A DNA stretch of 32,000 nt from Desulfotalea psychrophila LSv54. GTDB lineage: Bacteria; Desulfobacterota; Desulfobulbia; Desulfobulbales; Desulfocapsaceae. The first letter of the stretch is position 1, and each line of letters starts with the position of its first letter. Below, piece after piece: positions 26,821 to 32,000 of the stretch. The notes below the pieces were generated by a model, which saw only the letters and a program-made list of their open reading frames with translations, did not search any database and was not told the origin of the DNA. The stretch spans positions 3,480,001-3,512,000 of the forward strand of contig NC_006138.1 of the NCBI RefSeq assembly GCF_000025945.1, read 5' to 3'. The position numbers were made by a program, and so were the translations under genes.

Positions 26821-27057
26821 CAGACAAGTTCTATTAGGGAAAATATATCCACCGACACCTCATCCCTGTGGCAAATTCACTGTGTTTAAAAGGCACATCC
26901 CCATCCTTACTCGCCCTGGCATAAGAGAAGCAAAGAACTCACAGCAAAGCATAAGCATTTGATACAAAAAGATAATTATCATTACCAGCAGTCATGGAAA
27001 AATTTGGCCTATTTTATGCATTAAAATAAGTTCAACTATCTTTCAAGAAGGAGAATC

Positions 27058-27336
27058 ATGCTCTACTCAAACTCCCAAGACAATAGAATCGCTGCTGACA
27101 ATGACTTTTTTTCAGCATGCTCAATAAGCCTGCGCACGATCATCATCTACACCCTGTCAACGCTCATAAGCCTTACAGTTCTCAGTTACCGGGCCCTTCT
27201 TGGAACTATTCGTCTCACCTTCAAATATTCCACAAGAATAATCTTTTATTCCCTGCTGGCCATTGCCCTTGTTTCAGCAATTTTGCTACTCTCCAGTATC
27301 TATGTCATCACCCTGGGCACCCTCCATTTTCCCTGA
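27058..27336 (+). CDS. small hypothetical membrane protein (2 predicted TM segments)
   Basis: 92 aa with an excellent SD (AAGGAG at 27047-27052). Hydrophobic stretches TIIIYTLSTLISLTVLSY and IIFYSLLAIALVSAILLLSSIYVITLG. I recognise no family. Confidence 0.55.
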   Translation: MLYSNSQDNRIAADNDFFSACSISLRTIIIYTLSTLISLTVLSYRALLGTIRLTFKYSTRIIFYSLLAIALVSAILLLSSIYVITLGTLHFP

Positions 27337-27519
27337 TAGCAGTCCCCCTGTAGCCTGTGCCAATAAACAGGAGACAACAAAATGCAACTCAAAGTTCTTT
27401 ATTGCCGGGCCAATCTGACCCGGCAAGACCAACACTCTCCTCATATTCTATCTCTCTCTTCAGCGCTTAGCAAATAGAGGATCAGAACATAGCCCTTCTT
27501 CTCTCGGCAAAAAATTGTT

Positions 27520-28356
27520 ATGACTTCAGGCATAACTATTCATAAAAAATCACCGACAGACGTCATGCATAAAATAGAAGAAAAAACTCTCTATCAAAAA
27601 ACAGGCTACAAACAGCATATCGAGGTACGAGATGACGGCACTACCAGATCACTCTACTTTGAAAAAGATACCCTACAGAGCAGTATGGATCATGTAGAGC
27701 CTCATAAACTCTCCATAAGTTATACCCGCTTCATGCTCCTGCCCCTCCTCCTTCTGAAGCCCAAAAAGGTACTAATTATCGGTCTTGGGGGAGGTTCTTT
27801 CCTCCGCTTCTTTCGGCATTTCCTGCCTGAAGCACATATTGAAGCCGTTGATTTTTCTGCTGAAGTAATCAAGATCGCAAAAGAATTTTTTCTAATAAAT
27901 GATGAGGAGCTTCACTGTTGCTGTGGTAAACATTTTTTGGAAGAGACAGAGGAAAAATACGACCTCATACTGGTCGATGCCTTCGATCAGCAAGGAATGG
28001 CAAAGGAGATCTACTGCTCAGAGTTTTTTCGTCTCTGCCACGATCACCTGCAACCAGGAGGAGCCATAAGCTGTAATACCTGGAGCCAAAACAGATCGAT
28101 ATTGCAGGAGGTGAAAGATGCCCTATCGGACCATTTCAGCGAGGCCATCTATCTGCCCGTTCCTCAGAGAGGAAATATCATCGCCCTGACATTCAAAAGA
28201 GAAATTAAATGGCATCAACTTCATTCACGCTGCCCAAAGGTGCTTGCTGCAAACGAAAAATTCGACATGGATTTTTCGAGCATGATCAGCATTGCTCGCA
28301 GGGCAAATATATCCCTGTGGAAGCGCCTGATAAGCACACCATGTCTGCACAAATAA
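27520..28356 (+). CDS. spermidine-synthase-fold (PABS-like) SAM/dcSAM-dependent transferase
   Basis: 278 aa. YQKTGYKQHIEVRDDGTTRSLYFEKDTLQS is a PABS N-terminal beta-hairpin pattern. Also has KVLIIGLGGGSFLRF, IEAVDFSAEVIKIAKEFF and YDLILVDAFD. It lacks the GGGDGG Asp of true aminopropyltransferases. Confidence 0.65.
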   Translation: MTSGITIHKKSPTDVMHKIEEKTLYQKTGYKQHIEVRDDGTTRSLYFEKDTLQSSMDHVEPHKLSISYTRFMLLPLLLLKPKKVLIIGLGGGSFLRFFRHFLPEAHIEAVDFSAEVIKIAKEFFLINDEELHCCCGKHFLEETEEKYDLILVDAFDQQGMAKEIYCSEFFRLCHDHLQPGGAISCNTWSQNRSILQEVKDALSDHFSEAIYLPVPQRGNIIALTFKREIKWHQLHSRCPKVLAANEKFDMDFSSMISIARRANISLWKRLISTPCLHK

Positions 28357-28368
28357 GGATATGATACA

Positions 28369-29145
28369 TTGCCTGTAAAACATCAACTAACCTGCCAGGG
28401 ATTTTGCGCCCACTGTAACAGAACACACAGCCTACCCACAGGGGGAGCTGCCTACGAGCAGGCACAGACACTACTGGCAGAACTTACCAACCAAGAATCT
28501 CTCAATATATTCAGTTCCCGACCAGCAGGGCAGTACTCGACCGCGCCACTATGGGGAGAAGCACGGGGAAAAATGTTTGGCGTGCTAGAGTGCCTTAACC
28601 AGAAAAAGGAACAGGTTTTTCTCTACGCCTTCTCAGGACAGTATACAGGAACCTGGCTTATTCCCGGCTGGGCACCACCTCTTTTTGATATCGACCAATA
28701 CCATACTGTAAACAACTATAATGAAAGACGAGTCAAAAAGATGAGCCTCCACATAGACAAACTCACCAGAGAGACACCTCGCTCTGCCATTATTCCTCTT
28801 CTTAAAAAACAGAGGAAAAAGCTCTCCCAACAGCTGATGAGGGCTCTTCATGCCCTCTATGAGGTGCATAACTTCCAGGGGAATTGCCAAGGCTTAGCCC
28901 AGGCCCTGACGGGACTACGAGGCATCCCCACCGGCACAGGTGATTGCTGTGCACCTAAATTAATCAACTCCGCAGCCACCCAGGGACTTGTCCCCTTAAG
29001 TATTGCCGAATTTTATTTTGGCCGAGAAAACAGATCAGCCAGCAGAAAACATGGCCATTTTTACTCTTCATGCACGACAAAATGCACTCCGCTACTGGGC
29101 TTTATGCTCTGTGGATCTCACACGAAAGGAAAAGACAAGAGATGA
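28369..29145 (+). CDS. Cys-rich hypothetical protein (resembles the N-terminal extension of long RluA-family proteins)
   Basis: 258 aa. TTG start 12 nt after the previous stop. Motifs: CQGFCAHC (CX3CX2C), GKMFGVLEC, FLYAFSGQ, TGTGDCCAPKLIN and SSCTTKCTPLLGFMLCG. Its stop overlaps the next gene's ATG (ATGA). Confidence 0.55.
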   Translation: MPVKHQLTCQGFCAHCNRTHSLPTGGAAYEQAQTLLAELTNQESLNIFSSRPAGQYSTAPLWGEARGKMFGVLECLNQKKEQVFLYAFSGQYTGTWLIPGWAPPLFDIDQYHTVNNYNERRVKKMSLHIDKLTRETPRSAIIPLLKKQRKKLSQQLMRALHALYEVHNFQGNCQGLAQALTGLRGIPTGTGDCCAPKLINSAATQGLVPLSIAEFYFGRENRSASRKHGHFYSSCTTKCTPLLGFMLCGSHTKGKDKR

Positions 29146-29777
29146 AAGAACTGAAAATAATCTACAGAGACGACCATCTTGTGGTGGTGATAAAACCCGG
29201 AGGACTTCTCTCCGTGCCGGGACGAGGGCCAGAAAACAGTGACTGTGTCTCGTCACGACTCCAGGCCAAAATACCTGAGATGATTACCCAACCGGCTGTG
29301 CACCGACTGGATATGTACACCTCGGGTCTCATGGTATATGCAGTGAGCAAAGAGATTCATCGTGCCCTCTCCATCCAGTTCCAGGAGCAGCAGGTTGACA
29401 AGAAGTACACCGCCCTCCTCGAAGGGTGCCTGCAAGAGGTATCGGGGGAGATCAGACTGCCCTTCCGGGTTGACCTGGACAATCGCCCCATTCAAATACT
29501 CGATTACCAACACGGCAAAATGGGCATTACCCTCTGGCGTAAAATGGACGAGAAGAATGGCATCACCCGGGTGGAATTCACCCCAATGACAGGGCGCACC
29601 CACCAACTTCGGGTTCATGCAGCACACGCAAAGGGACTGGGAATACCAATCATTGGTGACAGTTTCTATGGTTCAGGTAGAGACGGCGACGAGATGATGC
29701 TTCACGCCCATCAGCTCTCCTTTACCCATCCCATCATCGGGGAAAAACTCTATTTCAAAAACGACCCTGATTTTTAA
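29142..29777 (+). CDS. RluA-family pseudouridine synthase
   Basis: I chose the start MKELKIIYRDDHLVVVIKPGGLLSVPG. Catalytic motif HRLDMYTSGLMVYA. Also KKYTALLEG, GRTHQLRVHAA and LHAHQLSF. The track's 29070 start lies inside the upstream ORF. Confidence 0.85.
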   Translation: MKELKIIYRDDHLVVVIKPGGLLSVPGRGPENSDCVSSRLQAKIPEMITQPAVHRLDMYTSGLMVYAVSKEIHRALSIQFQEQQVDKKYTALLEGCLQEVSGEIRLPFRVDLDNRPIQILDYQHGKMGITLWRKMDEKNGITRVEFTPMTGRTHQLRVHAAHAKGLGIPIIGDSFYGSGRDGDEMMLHAHQLSFTHPIIGEKLYFKNDPDF

Positions 29778-32000
29778 GCAAAAGAGAATGTCTCTGCAAA
29801 GTCTACAACCTTGTCCCGATCAATGGGCTTTGCAAAATGATAACCCTGCCCATAGCGACAGCCCAAGGCACAGACCAGATCAAGATGCTCCCTCTCCTCT
29901 ACGCCCTCTACCACAACAGGAATTTCCAGACTTTTACTCATCCGGACCAGAGCTTCCAGCACCGTCATCCGCTGCACTGATTCATGAGCCTGAAGCAGAA
30001 AAGACTTATCCACCTTCAGGACATCAAAGGGCAGGTCGGCAAGATGACCAAAGGAGGAGTAGCCCGTACCAAAATCATCAATATGAATGCCGATGCCACT
30101 CTCGCGCAGATCCATAAGAATCCTTTTACCAAAGCGTACATTGCTCATCAGAGCACTTTCTGTTACCTCTATGGCGAGGTCAGAGGGCTTAAGGCCATAC
30201 CTTTCAACAGTCTTTATAATTCGTTGAGCCAGATTCAAATCTACCAGTTCATTTTGCGAGAGATTAACGCTTACCCGAATATGATCCAGGGCAGTAGTCT
30301 GTTGGCGCCACTGGGCAATATTGGCACAGGTTAGCTCAAGCACAGCCTCATCAATTTTAGAAATAATGCCAATTTCTTCTGCCACAGGCAGAAATTGATC
30401 AGGGAAGAGATACCCCAGACGGGGATTCTGCCAACGAACAAGGGCCTCAAAACCTGCCAGTCGTCTCTGCTCAAGATCAATGATGGGCTGATACTGAACA
30501 ACAAGTTCCTCCGGGTCAAACTCATTTGTCAAAATTTGTTCAATCTCAATTGTTTTTCTGACTCTTGAATGAAGCTTTTGGTTAAACACCCGGAAATATT
30601 TTGGACTGTTGTACTTCGCCTCATACATTGCAATATCAGCATAACGAAGCACATCGTGTATATTATCATACTGGCAAATATCCATAACCAGACCAACGCT
30701 TACTCCCGTTAAAATTGTCCGTCCATCAATCTCAACACCGGCCTCCACACTCTTGATGATGCTAGCCACCAGCTTAACAACCTTGGCAGGAGAGACAATA
30801 TCCTCCAAAATAATGGCAAACTCATCTCCACCAAGACGTGCGAGCAGATCTAACTCTCGTAACTGAGATCGTATTTTAACCACCACCTCAACCAAAACCC
30901 GATCACCGACATTATGCCCAAGTGAATCATTAATCTGCTTAAAGCGATTAAGATCAAGCATTAAAAGGGCATGTCTTCTCCTCTCTCCATCCGTTGGATT
31001 AAATAACTTCTCTCCCCAATCAAGAAAATACTGTCTATTTACAAGTCCGGTCAGATTATCGTGATTCGCCTGATGAAGCAGACGTTCATAGACCTGATCT
31101 CTTTCAATTGCCCGCACAACCTGCTCTGCTACCGCCTCAAGCAGATAGACATCGTCCCGATCAAAGGCATTCTCCTGCTGATAATCCTGAATGGCAAAAA
31201 TGCCAATGGGCACATTCCCTAGCATCAAAGGCACACCGAGCCATGATGCGGGCACAACACCTATACAGGTCTTCATCTCAACATCATTAATTGAGAAAAT
31301 TTGACTGCTACCACGACGCATGACATAGCCACTCAAGCCTGGAATACTGGCAAAATCTTCACTATTAATACGATATTGAGCCTGCACCCTCTCACTCTCT
31401 CTCTCATCTCGATAGTAGACAAACTCAAAGGCCTTTTCCTCATGCCGCCAAAGGGCCACATAAAAGTTATTTACCTGACTATAGGAGGCTATCGCCTCAT
31501 GTACCGCCTCAAGATAACGACCAAGCCCCTGATTGAGATAATTTGCCATGGAAACCTGATAAAGTACCTGCAGGGTATGCTCTCGTTTTCTCCTTTGACT
31601 AACATCCGTATGACTGCCAATGATCTGTAAGAGTTCACCATCTTGCCACACACCCAGGGCCCTGCTCTGTAGCCAACAATAGTGACCATCTCTGTGCAAA
31701 ATTCGATATTGAATATCATAACTTGGAGAGTCGGGAGAGAGAGAACGGTTTGTCTCCACAACCTGAACATAATCTTCAGGATGAACAAGATCCCACCAGG
31801 CCTCAATTGAAGAATTAAAATCAATCTCTTCATAACCAATCATCTTCTTAGCTTTCGCTGAGATAAAAAGGCTCTCATCCACAAGGTTCCACTCCCAAAA
31901 ACCATGAATGCCCACATCAACAATCCGTTTATACTGATCTTTTTCCTGTTGAAGGCATCCTATCTGCTCTTGGTAAGCAGTTGTCTCAACAATCGTTTCC
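29774..32000 (-). CDS. PAS-GAF-GGDEF-EAL signalling protein (5' end outside window)
   Basis: The frame stays open upstream of the track's GVG start (31915) to the window edge (...QYKRIVDVGIHGFWEWN). Domain evidence: PAS (WDLVHPEDY), GAF (SWLGVPL...IGIFAIQDY), RELDLLARLGGDEF with an RxxD I-site, and EAL (FEALVRW, DDFGTGYSS, EGVE, QGYHFAKP). Confidence 0.85.
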   Translation of the reverse strand, partial: ETIVETTAYQEQIGCLQQEKDQYKRIVDVGIHGFWEWNLVDESLFISAKAKKMIGYEEIDFNSSIEAWWDLVHPEDYVQVVETNRSLSPDSPSYDIQYRILHRDGHYCWLQSRALGVWQDGELLQIIGSHTDVSQRRKREHTLQVLYQVSMANYLNQGLGRYLEAVHEAIASYSQVNNFYVALWRHEEKAFEFVYYRDERESERVQAQYRINSEDFASIPGLSGYVMRRGSSQIFSINDVEMKTCIGVVPASWLGVPLMLGNVPIGIFAIQDYQQENAFDRDDVYLLEAVAEQVVRAIERDQVYERLLHQANHDNLTGLVNRQYFLDWGEKLFNPTDGERRRHALLMLDLNRFKQINDSLGHNVGDRVLVEVVVKIRSQLRELDLLARLGGDEFAIILEDIVSPAKVVKLVASIIKSVEAGVEIDGRTILTGVSVGLVMDICQYDNIHDVLRYADIAMYEAKYNSPKYFRVFNQKLHSRVRKTIEIEQILTNEFDPEELVVQYQPIIDLEQRRLAGFEALVRWQNPRLGYLFPDQFLPVAEEIGIISKIDEAVLELTCANIAQWRQQTTALDHIRVSVNLSQNELVDLNLAQRIIKTVERYGLKPSDLAIEVTESALMSNVRFGKRILMDLRESGIGIHIDDFGTGYSSFGHLADLPFDVLKVDKSFLLQAHESVQRMTVLEALVRMSKSLEIPVVVEGVEEREHLDLVCALGCRYGQGYHFAKPIDRDKVVDFAETFSFA

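Noticed and set aside
26687-26962. 91-aa plus-strand ORF in the divergent control region
   Set aside because: It overlaps the sigma-54 promoter and the candidate UAS. It has no SD and a non-protein-like composition.
26971-26984. GATAATTATCATTA considered as a Fur box
   Set aside because: It contains Fur-type hexamers but lacks the 19-bp GATAATGATAATCATTATC or 7-1-7 organisation. I kept it only as a generic palindromic operator candidate.
27382-27477. 31-codon ORF (MQLKVLYCRANLTRQDQHSPHILSLSSALSK) with an AGGAGA SD upstream of the PABS-like gene; it contains a 7-bp hairpin at 27403-27425
   Set aside because: It is too short and featureless to call without conservation or Ribo-seq data. It could be a leader peptide, but I have no supporting evidence.
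29070-29141. Possibility that the Cys-rich ORF and the RluA gene are one frameshifted (pseudogenised) fusion
   Set aside because: The downstream frame has an ATG exactly at the canonical RluA N-terminus, and it overlaps the upstream stop as ATGA, a common coupling signal. A sequencing indel cannot be fully excluded without reads.

Overview
Gene-dense 32-kb chromosomal window, roughly 47-50% GC by eye. I call 29 CDS, one of them running off the right edge. I see no rRNA, tRNA, CRISPR array, transposase or integrase. Most content is housekeeping and envelope genes with a Desulfobacterota-like flavour; that taxonomic impression cannot be verified without a database search.

Gene order:
- Minus strand, 93-2313: siroheme-branch precorrin-2 dehydrogenase plus a class I methyltransferase, then a TlpA-like thiol-disulfide oxidoreductase.
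- Plus strand, 2450-4269: SurA-like PPIase and a RodZ-like protein.
- Minus strand, 4339-5972: operon of a two-barrel biotinyl/lipoyl-domain protein and a divergent biotin-protein-ligase homolog.
- Plus strand, 6217-11967: ydbH-ynbE-ydbL (AsmA-like lipid transport cluster), running without a terminator into cmoA-cmoB and a Trm112-like zinc-ribbon::methyltransferase fusion.
- 12147-12698: an isolated small Rossmann (SLOG/DprA-like) ORF with its own promoter and terminator.
- 13066-20640: carA-carB, then ftsH-folP.
- 20641-20984: a repeat-rich non-coding island.
- 20985-25291: ccdA/DsbD-family gene, a three-gene ABC importer, and a short sirtuin.
- 25394-25811: a second repeat island holding an inverted pair of the same repeat family.
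- 25914-27336: an internally duplicated ZraP/CpxP-like periplasmic protein behind a near-consensus sigma-54 promoter, and a divergent 92-aa 2-TM protein.
- 27520-29777: a tight three-gene operon (spermidine-synthase-fold transferase, stand-alone Cys-rich protein, RluA-type pseudouridine synthase).
- 29774-32000: a convergent PAS-GAF-GGDEF-EAL protein.

Most worth a second look:
- the putative RNA-modification operon at 27.5-29.8 kb, with its ATGA-coupled Cys-rich module
- the BPL-like/double-barrel carrier pair
- the cmoAB-linked Trm112-methyltransferase fusion
- the orphan SLOG-like gene
- the dispersed repeat family
- the sigma-54-driven ZraP-like locus

All functional calls come from motif recognition by eye. 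No searches were run.
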